A stretch of 64,000 nt of DNA from a virus. A program made the position numbers and the translations under genes. The notes beneath the pieces were generated by a model. That model did not search any database. It saw nothing but the letters and a program-made list of their open reading frames with translations, and was not told where the DNA came from. Every line of letters starts with the position of its first letter. Position 1 is the first letter of the stretch. Below, piece after piece: positions 53,557 through 62,144 of the stretch. The stretch lies in the IMG/VR virus record IMGVR_UViG_3300047546_001659, positions 32,001 through 96,000 of that record; one strand, given 5' to 3'.

Positions 53557-53581
53557 TTCTTTCTCCATTCCTTATATTATT

Positions 53582-53610
53582 AATATACGGTATTTTGAAA
53601 ATAATGTCAC
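53582..53610 (-). promoter_or_regulatory. Early promoter P1
   Basis: GTGACA-TTATTTTCAAAATACCG-TATATT (17-nt spacer). Confidence 0.75.
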
Positions 53611-53714
53611 GCTTTATCTGTGATGAGCTCATACAAAGTTGTTATAGCCAGGATACCAAATCCTAATATAAAGACCCATTGATATGTAGAAATGATTGTA
53701 AGAATTGTGTCCAT
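53607..53714 (-). CDS. 35-aa single-pass membrane peptide (absent from ORF track)
   Basis: MDTILTIISTYQWVFILGFGILAITTLYELITDKA*, with GGAG RBS, behind promoter P2. Confidence 0.65.
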   Translation of the reverse strand: MDTILTIISTYQWVFILGFGILAITTLYELITDKA

Positions 53715-53742
53715 TTGTTTTCTCTCCATTCCTTATAATATT

Positions 53743-53772
53743 AATATACGGTATTTTGAAAATAAAAGCCAC
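53743..53772 (-). promoter_or_regulatory. Early promoter P2
   Basis: GTGGCT-TTTATTTTCAAAATACCG-TATATT; near-identical to P1, including the leader ATAAGGAATGGAGA. Confidence 0.7.
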
Positions 53773-53790
53773 ATAAAAATTATCGTTATT

Positions 53791-53918
53791 TTTCAATGGG
53801 TTAGCCGGGAACCTATTTTAACCCCTTGTTTTTATTGAGATTTTTTGGTCAAAAAAAGCTGTTATTTTTCAATAACTTAGCAAAAAAGCTAACCCATTGA
53901 AATCATTAGCTTTTTTTT
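53791..53918. repeat. Cluster of IHF-like motifs and inverted repeat between divergent promoters
   Basis: TTTCAATGGGTTA (53791 +), AAACAAGGGGTTA (53819 -), TTTCAATAACTTA (53867 +), TTTCAATGGGTTA (53890 -); AAAAAAGCTAA...TTAGCTTTTTT. Confidence 0.55.
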
Positions 53919-53921
53919 CTG

Positions 53922-53950
53922 TTGCTATTTTTTTCAAAATACCGTATATT
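53922..53950 (+). promoter_or_regulatory. Early promoter P3
   Basis: TTGCTA-TTTTTTTCAAAATACCG-TATATT. Confidence 0.75.
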
Positions 53951-53980
53951 ATTAATATGATGAAACGAAAGGAAAAATAT

Positions 53981-54124
53981 ATGCCAGATTTTATTCATAA
54001 TATTCTATATACATTTACACCTAAATTTCATCTTTTTTACATGGATTCTACTTGCGAATCAATGGTCTATAACTATAACACAAACTTCTTCAAAATCTTA
54101 AAAGAATATATGGCAATCAAATAA
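53981..54124 (+). CDS. Small hypothetical early protein (47 aa)
   Basis: AAAGGA RBS, then MPDFIHNIL...; the longer ORF-track version overlaps promoter P3. Confidence 0.5.
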   Translation: MPDFIHNILYTFTPKFHLFYMDSTCESMVYNYNTNFFKILKEYMAIK

Positions 54125-54129
54125 AAAGG

Positions 54130-54158
54130 TTGCTATTATTTTCAAAAGATCGTATTAT
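54130..54158 (+). promoter_or_regulatory. Early promoter P4
   Basis: TTGCTA-TTATTTTCAAAAGATCG-TATTAT. Confidence 0.7.
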
Positions 54159-54183
54159 AATAATATGATGAATGGAGGTAGTA

Positions 54184-54402
54184 ATGAGTAATAATGACGT
54201 TGAATTGACTATTGAGCAGATTCGTTTTGCTTTGTCTCAGATGGAACTTAATTATAGCTTAGCTATTGATTCTGAGGCATATGGTCTTGCTAATGCTTTT
54301 TCCTCTAAGATTGATCGTCTTAGGGAAATGCTTATCAATTTAATTCAGATTCAGGACCAATATACATCTGAAGCAGATGCTCGTTACTTTGAAGGAGTCT
54401 AA
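54184..54402 (+). CDS. Hypothetical early protein (helical hairpin)
   Basis: GGAGG RBS before MSNNDV. Confidence 0.65.
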   Translation: MSNNDVELTIEQIRFALSQMELNYSLAIDSEAYGLANAFSSKIDRLREMLINLIQIQDQYTSEADARYFEGV

Positions 54403-54405
54403 AAT

Positions 54406-54555
54406 ATGATTAAAACTTTTACCGGTCAACCTCGCTATTGCGTGAAACGTCTTCGTGACCTTCATGGTCAGGGATATAAGATTATACGTTCACACAAGCA
54501 TCCTGATGGGTCTGAGACCTATGTAATGGAATATGTTGGAAGGAATAAAACATGA
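54406..54555 (+). CDS. 49-aa hypothetical protein (absent from ORF track)
   Basis: AGGAG RBS; MIKTFTGQPRYCVKRLRDLHGQGYKIIRSHKHPDGSETYVMEYVGRNKT*. Confidence 0.7.
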   Translation: MIKTFTGQPRYCVKRLRDLHGQGYKIIRSHKHPDGSETYVMEYVGRNKT

Positions 54556-54725
54556 CTATGAAACTCGATCCAAGATTTGACCATCACGTCATTGTTGAGT
54601 TTAAAGATGGTCGCAAATTTGTCAGACAAAATCTATCTAAGAAAAAAGCAACCTCTGAAATAGATCGGTATCTAAGAGATAGATTGATTCTGGGTATTAA
54701 AAGTGTTAAAATGGGATCTAAGTAA
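54552..54725 (+). CDS. 57-aa basic hypothetical protein (absent from ORF track)
   Basis: ATGA overlap with the previous ORF; MTMKLDPRFDHHVIVEFKDGRKFVRQNLSKKKA...GSK*. Confidence 0.65.
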   Translation: MTMKLDPRFDHHVIVEFKDGRKFVRQNLSKKKATSEIDRYLRDRLILGIKSVKMGSK

Positions 54726-54740
54726 GATCCCATTTTTTTT
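54708..54740. terminator. Intrinsic terminator, probably bidirectional
   Basis: AAAATGGGATCT-AAGTA-AGATCCCATTTTTTTT between convergent genes. Confidence 0.8.
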
Positions 54741-55668
54741 ATACTAAAGAATTGAGCAGAGCTTCCCACTCTTGCTTTCTTCTATCCCATCCATAAAAAT
54801 AATCAAAATATTGTTTTTGAAACTCAAGGTAGGCATCAGGCTGACCTTGAGTGTTTCTTATAGTATTAATAGCATGCTCTAGTGTATGTGCAAATTGTAC
54901 AGCATGAGCATTTTTATTTTCATTCCATGGATACATCATTGCAAAATTAGCACAGGTCTCTGGAAGAGCGGCATAGTTAGGGCATACAACCAAATTCATT
55001 GCTGACATAGCCTCGATTACTGAGAGGCAGCTCGTCTCTGGCCAAATGCTGGGGTAAGCATAGATATGTGATTTCTTAAGAGCCTCTCTAACCTCTTCAT
55101 TAGGTACAGCACCATGATAGGTTATCTGAGGATGCGTTTTACATCTTTCAAATATTGGTTTGTAAGGTTCATCTTGAATACTCCAACCATAAATGCTAAA
55201 AGATGAATATACATCAAGATGAATATCTTTATGTTTGTTGGCTAATTCAATAAAAACAGGAATTAATATCTCTAATCCACGATGTGGGGTTGTATGATAT
55301 ATTAACCGAATTGTTCCATCAAACGGTTTAGTTTCTATCTCTATTGGGTGTATTGCATTTTTTATAACAATAGCTTCACTATAAGGTACGTTGGTTACCA
55401 AATTATATAGATTCATTTGATAATCAGAAACACAAACAATCTTATCAAATCGTTTACGTGAATTTGGATCTTTCAAATGTTCTGATTCAGTATCAAATGG
55501 TAGATCATGAAGCCAGAGAATATGCTTCTTACCTTCTTGCAACTCTCTAACTCTAGAAGGTATGATTTGAAATTTATCTAATAAATCAGCAGGCAAGGAA
55601 CTATGAAGACGTTCCTGCATCAACTCGGTGCCACCCCGAGCGTTTCTATTTAATTCATTCTTTTCCAT
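54739..55668 (-). CDS. GT4/GT-B glycosyltransferase
   Basis: NARGGTELM...LWLHD...HTTPHRGL...YPSIWPETSCLSVIEAM. Confidence 0.88.
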   Translation of the reverse strand: MEKNELNRNARGGTELMQERLHSSLPADLLDKFQIIPSRVRELQEGKKHILWLHDLPFDTESEHLKDPNSRKRFDKIVCVSDYQMNLYNLVTNVPYSEAIVIKNAIHPIEIETKPFDGTIRLIYHTTPHRGLEILIPVFIELANKHKDIHLDVYSSFSIYGWSIQDEPYKPIFERCKTHPQITYHGAVPNEEVREALKKSHIYAYPSIWPETSCLSVIEAMSAMNLVVCPNYAALPETCANFAMMYPWNENKNAHAVQFAHTLEHAINTIRNTQGQPDAYLEFQKQYFDYFYGWDRRKQEWEALLNSLV

Positions 55669-55695
55669 AACAAATCCATAATAAAAAAATCAATC

Positions 55696-56028
55696 TTATT
55701 TTTTAAAGATTGATCCTGGTAAATTTAATTTAACTTTTTCATCTTGAAGACCGATAAGGGTACGGGCTGCAAAAGAAATAACACTCCAAGCACAAAAACC
55801 CAAAGCCACAGAAGCAGCTAAAAGATTATCAGAAGTTATATGCCACTGCATCCATTCTAAAAAAATAGGTGCAAATACAACTGCTGCTAAAACACTAAGT
55901 CCTGATCTAATGGCTGCATCCCAAACATTACAAGGTGTATAAAAAACCATGAATGATACTCCACCAATAAGTCCGCCTAGACCGGATAATAATTTAGCCA
56001 TGAGCGGTGTAGATATTGGGTCTGACAT
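55696..56028 (-). CDS. Three-TM membrane protein, putative holin
   Basis: Three hydrophobic segments and a basic C-terminus; late-promoter-like CATAAATA at 56068-56075. Confidence 0.5.
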   Translation of the reverse strand: MSDPISTPLMAKLLSGLGGLIGGVSFMVFYTPCNVWDAAIRSGLSVLAAVVFAPIFLEWMQWHITSDNLLAASVALGFCAWSVISFAARTLIGLQDEKVKLNLPGSIFKK

Positions 56029-56066
56029 CGTTTTTCCTAGGTATTAAATTATAGGTATTATAAGAT

Positions 56067-56312
56067 TTATTTATGAATACTAATAATTGAATCAAATCTG
56101 AAAGAACGCCAACCTTCTTTATCTACATCCCATACTGAAACAACATTCTCATTTATCTTTTTTTCACGATCAGTTTTCTTTTCGTGAGGTTTAATAAGAT
56201 CATCCATGAGAGTACATTTCATTTCTCTCTCAGAACCATCTGTCTTAGTAAATTTAACATTTACAATACTAGACTGAAGCATATGCATTATGGTTGATTT
56301 AGATAGCTCCAT
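56067..56312 (-). CDS. SH3/WYL-like fold conserved T4-like protein
   Basis: VKFTKTDGSEREMKCTL...VWDVDKEGWRSFR; likely start MELSK. Confidence 0.8.
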   Translation of the reverse strand: MELSKSTIMHMLQSSIVNVKFTKTDGSEREMKCTLMDDLIKPHEKKTDREKKINENVVSVWDVDKEGWRSFRFDSIISIHK

Positions 56313-56550
56313 CACCAAAGCCTCCTGATGTTTCTTCAAGATAGGCTTTGAGCTCTTCATAACCCCCAATACGTTTACCGTCTACAACAACAATGGGAAC
56401 GGTTCTCACACCAGGAAACATCTCTGTTATTTCATTGATACCAATATCTTCACCAACATTTAAATAACTATAATTCAATCCATATTGATTTAATATTTGC
56501 TTTGCTGCAACACACCAATTGCAATTATGTTTTCCGTATACTTCAATCAT
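56299..56550 (-). CDS. nrdC: Glutaredoxin
   Basis: CNWC, RTVP, IGGYEEL. Confidence 0.92.
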   Translation of the reverse strand: MIEVYGKHNCNWCVAAKQILNQYGLNYSYLNVGEDIGINEITEMFPGVRTVPIVVVDGKRIGGYEELKAYLEETSGGFGDGAI

Positions 56551-56824
56551 TTGATGTCCTTATTCCTACTTCTTTATCAGATCTCTTCCAAGGACCAAAT
56601 GCAGCAGGGTGATTTCCTTCTACACGAATGAATGGTTTATTTGTTTCATTCTTATTAGGATTAGGTATAGTAACCATTGTACGTCTACCCTTAGCCCATT
56701 GTTTAAGTTGAGCTTGCATCTTGTCTACAAATGTGCGATCGCGTTTCATAGCTTTAACTGTTTCTCTAGAAACACTTCCGTATTTACCTTTAGAAACATA
56801 TGTCTTTCTTTTACTCGCTGCCAT
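56543..56824 (-). CDS. Conserved basic hypothetical protein
   Basis: YVSKG...WAKG...TIPNPNKNETNKPFIRV. Confidence 0.7.
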   Translation of the reverse strand: MAASKRKTYVSKGKYGSVSRETVKAMKRDRTFVDKMQAQLKQWAKGRRTMVTIPNPNKNETNKPFIRVEGNHPAAFGPWKRSDKEVGIRTSND

Positions 56825-56826
56825 AA

Positions 56827-57048
56827 TCAATCATCCTCTGAAACTTCAAGAATATTTTTTTCAATTGTACTCAGGCAAACAATGCATTTAAAATAAACCA
56901 TGCTTGCCTGAGGATTTCTACCATTCATTGCAAAGTTTGTGAGAACTAAAGATCTATTACCAGAACCACATTTGGGGCAACTGCCTATCACAACAGGAAC
57001 ATTGCTACCTGGTTCTGCACAGACCTTTATATCATCACTTTTTTGCAT
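56827..57048 (-). CDS. Zn-ribbon protein
   Basis: CPKC...CIVC. Confidence 0.65.
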   Translation of the reverse strand: MQKSDDIKVCAEPGSNVPVVIGSCPKCGSGNRSLVLTNFAMNGRNPQASMVYFKCIVCLSTIEKNILEVSEDD

Positions 57049-57304
57049 TCTTTTTTGTCGTCTTTGCTTTTACTTTTTCTGCAGTTGCTTTAGCTTTTGT
57101 TTTTACAGCCTTAACTGCTTTTTGTTCTGCAGCTACTGCACCTGCAATTGCTTCAGTAACTTTAGCTTCTACTTCTTTAAGTTCTGCTGATACTGCTTTT
57201 TCTACTTTTACTGCTTCTGTCTTAACAACTTCAGCTGCTTTGTTTACTTCAGTCTTAACTTCATTAAGGCCAATTCCAAAAAATTCTTTAAGCCAATTCA
57301 ACAT
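57035..57304 (-). CDS. Lys/Ala/Val-rich low-complexity protein
   Basis: Amphipathic N-terminus MLNWLKEFFG; KAVKAVKTKAKA tail. Confidence 0.65.
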   Translation of the reverse strand: MLNWLKEFFGIGLNEVKTEVNKAAEVVKTEAVKVEKAVSAELKEVEAKVTEAIAGAVAAEQKAVKAVKTKAKATAEKVKAKTTKKNAKK

Positions 57305-57845
57305 TTTTTAACTCCTGTTCATATCCATATTTACAAATAAAATAACTGTCAATAATGTCAGAAGAAGGATTCCATTGCTTATCTGTTAATCCTAGCTTCT
57401 TTTTAATATTATAGCCAGTGGTTTCTTCGAATACATCCTGTAATAATTGTTTGTTGGCATTACCTTTGCCAGTAGCAGACTTCTTAATTACAGTAGGTGG
57501 AACTATATAATAATCATAACACCACCTGAATAAAAAGTGTTTAAGTAACCCAGCATTCTCGGCTATGTTAAACACCTTACCTATTGATCCCATTGAGTAA
57601 CCTTCCATATACACTTTGGCACCCTCTGGAATCTTTGACATTGCCCATTTAGCAATGTTATAGTGTCTTTGTTCTTCACTATAATAATCATCGTGTAAAT
57701 CACCTTGTATGTTATCAAAATCTACATCAAGTTTTTTACTACTTGTAAGATAATAAAATTTACACTTTGAGAATCCAAAACTATTAGAATCACAAACGCA
57801 AATACAAGGTGATGTTAAACTATAATCAATTCCTACGATAATCAT
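57288..57845 (-). CDS. RuvC-like Holliday junction resolvase
   Basis: IVGIDYSLTSP...MEGYS...IAENAGLLK...PTVIKKSATGKGNANK...DIIDSY. Confidence 0.85.
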   Translation of the reverse strand: MIIVGIDYSLTSPCICVCDSNSFGFSKCKFYYLTSSKKLDVDFDNIQGDLHDDYYSEEQRHYNIAKWAMSKIPEGAKVYMEGYSMGSIGKVFNIAENAGLLKHFLFRWCYDYYIVPPTVIKKSATGKGNANKQLLQDVFEETTGYNIKKKLGLTDKQWNPSSDIIDSYFICKYGYEQELKNVELA

Positions 57846-58072
57846 TATTCATCATCATAATCAAAACCATCTTCATCTTCTTCATAAAGAGAATCATCTT
57901 CATCATCAGATACATAGGCTTCATATACATCATCAAATAATGGATCTTGGTTCAAACTTTCATCTGCATCATGAGTACCTACTAAATCAAACAATTTTTT
58001 ATAAATTTCGGATCTAGCATTTTCATCTTTAACAGTTTCTAGTAATACTTCAATTAGTGCATCCCAATCCAT
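57845..58072 (-). CDS. Small acidic protein
   Basis: Asp/Glu-rich C-terminus. Confidence 0.65.
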   Translation of the reverse strand: MDWDALIEVLLETVKDENARSEIYKKLFDLVGTHDADESLNQDPLFDDVYEAYVSDDEDDSLYEEDEDGFDYDDE

Positions 58073-58232
58073 ATTTTTTATCCCTTAGTTGATTGATGAT
58101 TATAATTCTCTGATCATCAGTATATATGCGCCATTTTTGAATCTGTTCTAAAGTCCTGCCACATCCTGTACAGACGTTTGTGGCAGGATCAATTTTACAT
58201 AATTTAACACAGGGTGTTAGAATAACTCGCAT
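58050..58232 (-). CDS. DUF1289-like Cys-rich protein
   Basis: TPCVKLCKID...CTGCGRTLEQIQKW. Confidence 0.8.
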   Translation of the reverse strand: MRVILTPCVKLCKIDPATNVCTGCGRTLEQIQKWRIYTDDQRIIIINQLRDKKYGLGCTN

Positions 58233-60430
58233 CCACCACCTACACAAGCAGCAGATCCAATAGTGTCAACATCAATATATTTAACTTCTTTCAATTCATC
58301 TTCCCACTTAATATCCTGAATTGTTTGCTGAATCTTTTCCCACTTGTGAAGTAGGTAAACATCCTTAAAGCAGTATTCAGCCTTCTTGATATCACCGTTG
58401 AAGTAATTAGTAGCAAACTTTTTAAATCTACGAATCCAATCTTTCTTGAGAGTATTCTGATGATTATCTGCTGTAAGATCTTCACCATAACCATTAGCAG
58501 TCATACAGGCCAACCAAAGATTATCGAAACATTTCAAAGCTTCAACAATAAGACCAGATGCCATAATTGCACCTGCACCGTACTTTTCAGTAAGCTGAGC
58601 TGCATTTAATACTTGAGTGTTTGGTGCTTGGAAATAATCTTTATCGCCTGTCATTGGTAGAAACGAAATACCAGCAAAATAATCACGGTTATTAAATACG
58701 TAATCCTCAATAGCATCCCAGTCGTCAACAATGACAGTGTTAGAAACATTATGGCGTATGCCGGGATGAGCGCATCTTTCAATATTTGTTCCAGCATTGA
58801 CCCAGAACTCCTGTGCCTTCTTAATAAGATCTAAATGCTTAATACCAATAAGATCATCCTTGAAGATTGATCCTTCCTTAGCAACTACTGGGAAAGAAAC
58901 AACATAATCAGTCTTTCCAGATGACCAAGCAGATTCTTCAACCATATTAGGATTGATTCTCTTGATAAGCTTTGCAACTTCAGTATCTTTGTTCAGCTGA
59001 ATGTTGCGAATATACATTGGGGAGTGATCAGCATGAATACCAGAAGCTGTCATCAATAGGACAGAGGCATTCCCGGAAGGCTTAACACAAGTAGTACGAG
59101 CAGCAGGGTTAATCCCAAGTAGTCCAGCCACTTCTCTATTTGTTTCTTTAACAATTTCAGCTCCTCTTTGTAGAATCTTTTCATCAAACAATGTCTTTGG
59201 ATTATTCATCCAACCTGTTACAGAAACACCAAGAAGTGCTTCTCTATCAAAGATAGCCTTTGATGCAGGTGAAAGAAATTTAAAGTCAGTATAACCGGCT
59301 TGCAATGTTCCTAGGATAGAAGCGGCACGACAAGCCTTGTAGAATGTTTCTTCGTTATCACACATACCACCATTGATCTCAGTTAGGTTGCATCCCTGCC
59401 ATCCTGATTGACCATCAATTTGCGGATACATACCAATTTCAACACATGGATTGGTTGTAATATCTTTATCATCAACAAAGAAAAAACCTGGCTCACCAAA
59501 TTGCTTAATTGATGTCATAAGGTTTGCAAATTGTTCTTTTGTTATTTCATTACGAACAATAACAGCACTATTATTACTGCGACCACGTTGTGGATTATCA
59601 ATATACCAATTTCCAGTCTTAGCTCCTGCCATCTCATCGTCTGTAGCGCTGAAAAGACAAATAGTAGCTGAGCGGCGAACACCACCAGCCAATACAGCAT
59701 CAGCAGCGTGCATAACAATATCATATACATGGATTGGCCTCAATGTTGCTGACTTCTCATTAAGAGTAAGCCCGGTTAAAATATATTCAATACGATCAAG
59801 AGAACGACGAAGAGGTTCTGGACCTGGTGCCTTAAACCCTCCAGAGATCTTTGCTCCTTTTGGACGAATGGCTGAAAGATCAAAAGCTACCTTACGACCA
59901 GCATATTCAGGATACTTACCACCATTTTCAAAGAAAGAAGACATAAGAACATCAAGAGCTGTTGCCCAACCCTCAACAGAATCTTCTACTGTATGAAGCT
60001 TAGGTGCTTTTGTACGATGAATGATTTTAGGAAGCTTACCAACATGATGTGATTGTACAGAGAATCCAGCACCTGCACCACAAAGAAGAATGTAAAAAAT
60101 TTCACCAAAGAATTCTGGACGATCAGCATAGGATGATGTGCAATTATACATTCTCATTTGATGCTTGAATAGTTGTTCACCACCAAACTGAAGAGCACGT
60201 TGTGCACCAAGAACAAGTTTTTGTTTATATGCAGCTGCAGCTTCATCCATATAAGCCATCAATTTTGACGACATCTTATCAGCATAAAAACCGGAATGCA
60301 TTTTCATAACACGGTTCACAGCTTCTGACCATGTTTCGTATCTACCTTCATCCTCAATAAATCTTGCATAGCCTTCATAGAATTTGGCGTCTGAAAGTAG
60401 TTTCTTAGTATCTTTATAAGTTGCAGCCAT
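58217..60430 (-). CDS. nrdJ: Class II (adenosylcobalamin-dependent) ribonucleotide reductase, RTPR-like
   Basis: YNC, GGVRRSA, TNPCVEI, GCNLTE, TTCVKPSG and C-terminal ACVGGGC; no nrdB nearby. Confidence 0.9.
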   Translation of the reverse strand: MAATYKDTKKLLSDAKFYEGYARFIEDEGRYETWSEAVNRVMKMHSGFYADKMSSKLMAYMDEAAAAYKQKLVLGAQRALQFGGEQLFKHQMRMYNCTSSYADRPEFFGEIFYILLCGAGAGFSVQSHHVGKLPKIIHRTKAPKLHTVEDSVEGWATALDVLMSSFFENGGKYPEYAGRKVAFDLSAIRPKGAKISGGFKAPGPEPLRRSLDRIEYILTGLTLNEKSATLRPIHVYDIVMHAADAVLAGGVRRSATICLFSATDDEMAGAKTGNWYIDNPQRGRSNNSAVIVRNEITKEQFANLMTSIKQFGEPGFFFVDDKDITTNPCVEIGMYPQIDGQSGWQGCNLTEINGGMCDNEETFYKACRAASILGTLQAGYTDFKFLSPASKAIFDREALLGVSVTGWMNNPKTLFDEKILQRGAEIVKETNREVAGLLGINPAARTTCVKPSGNASVLLMTASGIHADHSPMYIRNIQLNKDTEVAKLIKRINPNMVEESAWSSGKTDYVVSFPVVAKEGSIFKDDLIGIKHLDLIKKAQEFWVNAGTNIERCAHPGIRHNVSNTVIVDDWDAIEDYVFNNRDYFAGISFLPMTGDKDYFQAPNTQVLNAAQLTEKYGAGAIMASGLIVEALKCFDNLWLACMTANGYGEDLTADNHQNTLKKDWIRRFKKFATNYFNGDIKKAEYCFKDVYLLHKWEKIQQTIQDIKWEDELKEVKYIDVDTIGSAACVGGGCELF

Positions 60431-60450
60431 TTTAAACCTCTTTATTATTC

Positions 60451-61038
60451 TTATTTGTTCTCGTAAAAACTTGTATTAAATGCAATTGATATTCTATCTT
60501 CACCAGAAAGATTCTGTGTTACTTCATGTTCAATCCAACTTGGAAATATAACCAATTTACCTTCTTCAGGATCAACTGTCCACTTAGAGCAATTAGATTC
60601 ATCATATGATTTAATTACTCCTTGGGGTGTAAATAACGGTTGTAAAATTGATGGATGTTTTAAAATTAATTTGCCTGAATTTTCTGGAACCTTAACATAA
60701 TAAACACCCGACATATAAGAATTAGGATGTGTGTGCGGTGAATTGTAACTATAAGGGTGATTTATATTAATCCACATACTTTCTACTCTAAGATCCAAAT
60801 CATCTCTAAATTTAATGTTTTGTCTTAGAGCTTCTAATCTGCCATTTATTTCTTCAATTAAAGGTTGGGCTTCAGGCAATTCATCAATAAATTCACTCTG
60901 CCAACCACCTCTGTTAGTATATCTACGACCATCAGTAGTCCTCATTAAATTTTGAGCAAATGTATCCAATTCAATATTATTAAGATTGAGATTATCAACA
61001 CAGAATAAATTAGAAAATAAAAACTGTAAATACATCAA
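60451..61038 (-). CDS. 2OG-Fe(II) oxygenase-like protein (TIGR02466 type)
   Basis: WININ...HTHPNS..SGVYYV...IFPSWIEHEV...RISIAFN. Confidence 0.85.
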   Translation of the reverse strand: MMYLQFLFSNLFCVDNLNLNNIELDTFAQNLMRTTDGRRYTNRGGWQSEFIDELPEAQPLIEEINGRLEALRQNIKFRDDLDLRVESMWININHPYSYNSPHTHPNSYMSGVYYVKVPENSGKLILKHPSILQPLFTPQGVIKSYDESNCSKWTVDPEEGKLVIFPSWIEHEVTQNLSGEDRISIAFNTSFYENK

Positions 61039-62084
61039 ATTTTACTCCACTGTTGTAATCTCATCTTTGCGGCAAGACCTGAATATGTATTTTGATCAAT
61101 AATAGCTTGTATAGCGGGACCCGAAAGATCCTGTTTCAAAATCATATCGTTTATATCTTTTTGTTCAATAAAATCTGGCCAGATACAGACTTTATAACCC
61201 TGATCCACTGTCTTGGAAATTTTATTGACAATTTCTTTGTTTCGTGGTTCATTATCATATATTACCGTTATATTATCTCTGTCTGTTATATTATTCAAGT
61301 TTATATCAGCGCCGGCCATTGCAATACAATTATCTAAGAAAAGGCTATCAATTGGACCTTCAACTACATAGACATTCTTTGTCTTGTCTATTGTTTCTAA
61401 TCCAAACACCTTTTCTTTTGTATCATCTAAGATAATTGTAGAGTAACGCATGTTGGAAGTCTTACTAAGGGATCTCCCAGTAAAACCAAAAACATAACCT
61501 TTAGAATCAATGAACGGGAAAACGATGCGTGGTTCATCGAGCTTCAATGCTTTATCGGTGAACTTATTTGGCACTATCGAATTTACCCAAGTATAGTATA
61601 TAGGAGAATAGTAAATTCTAAAATGAACGTTGGGAGGAATCTTTCGGTTTTGAACATATATTTTTGCAGGATGATCATGCTTTAATTGTGATATTTTCTG
61701 CAAATTCTTAAAAGGTTCAAAAGAATCTATACGTCTGCTAGAGAATTTTTCGATAGCAGGTATAAATTTTTCGCTTTCGTTATGAGTATTTGCACCACCT
61801 GTCTCTTTTAAAATTTCCAACCGATATTCGGTATATAAAACAGGATTTTGTGTCTTAATAAATTTAGATAATGATGTACTGGCACTACAATTAAAACATT
61901 TAAAATTAATGTGACCTTCGTATTCATAAAAATGACCACGAGTTTTAAATTTATTTTTAGTAGAATCACCACACATAGGACATCTAAATTGTGCTATGTA
62001 AGGTTTTGATTTTTTTACTTTAAATTGTTGTAGTTGTGTACCAACCAATGAAGCATATTTTTGTTCTATCCACAATGTACTCAT
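61035..62084 (-). CDS. gp61: DNA primase gp61
   Basis: RCPMCGDS...KCFNC zinc finger; VEGPIDS; DNEPRN; KDINDM. Confidence 0.95.
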   Translation of the reverse strand: MSTLWIEQKYASLVGTQLQQFKVKKSKPYIAQFRCPMCGDSTKNKFKTRGHFYEYEGHINFKCFNCSASTSLSKFIKTQNPVLYTEYRLEILKETGGANTHNESEKFIPAIEKFSSRRIDSFEPFKNLQKISQLKHDHPAKIYVQNRKIPPNVHFRIYYSPIYYTWVNSIVPNKFTDKALKLDEPRIVFPFIDSKGYVFGFTGRSLSKTSNMRYSTIILDDTKEKVFGLETIDKTKNVYVVEGPIDSLFLDNCIAMAGADINLNNITDRDNITVIYDNEPRNKEIVNKISKTVDQGYKVCIWPDFIEQKDINDMILKQDLSGPAIQAIIDQNTYSGLAAKMRLQQWSKI

Positions 62085-62113
62085 GTAACTCTATCCTTAT
62101 ATTGAACAGAGTT

Positions 62114-62141
62114 ATTATACCATAGTTATAGAAAAAAGCAA
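62114..62141 (-). promoter_or_regulatory. Sigma70-type promoter of primase/RNR operon
   Basis: TTGCTT-N16-TATAAT with extended TG. Confidence 0.6.
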
Positions 62142-62144
62142 CAA

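Noticed and set aside
54584-54769. Minus-strand 61-aa ORF
   Set aside because: It is antisense to the better supported 54552-54725 ORF and crosses the terminator.
60451-61038. 2OG-Fe(II) oxygenase as the collagen prolyl hydroxylase
   Set aside because: The collagens are nearly Pro-free, the gene is far away in the replication operon, and this family is common in T4-like phages. No specific support.
58217-62084. Introns, inteins or homing endonucleases in nrdJ or primase
   Set aside because: Both ORFs are continuous and of ordinary length; no intein or LAGLIDADG/HNH/GIY-YIG motifs seen.
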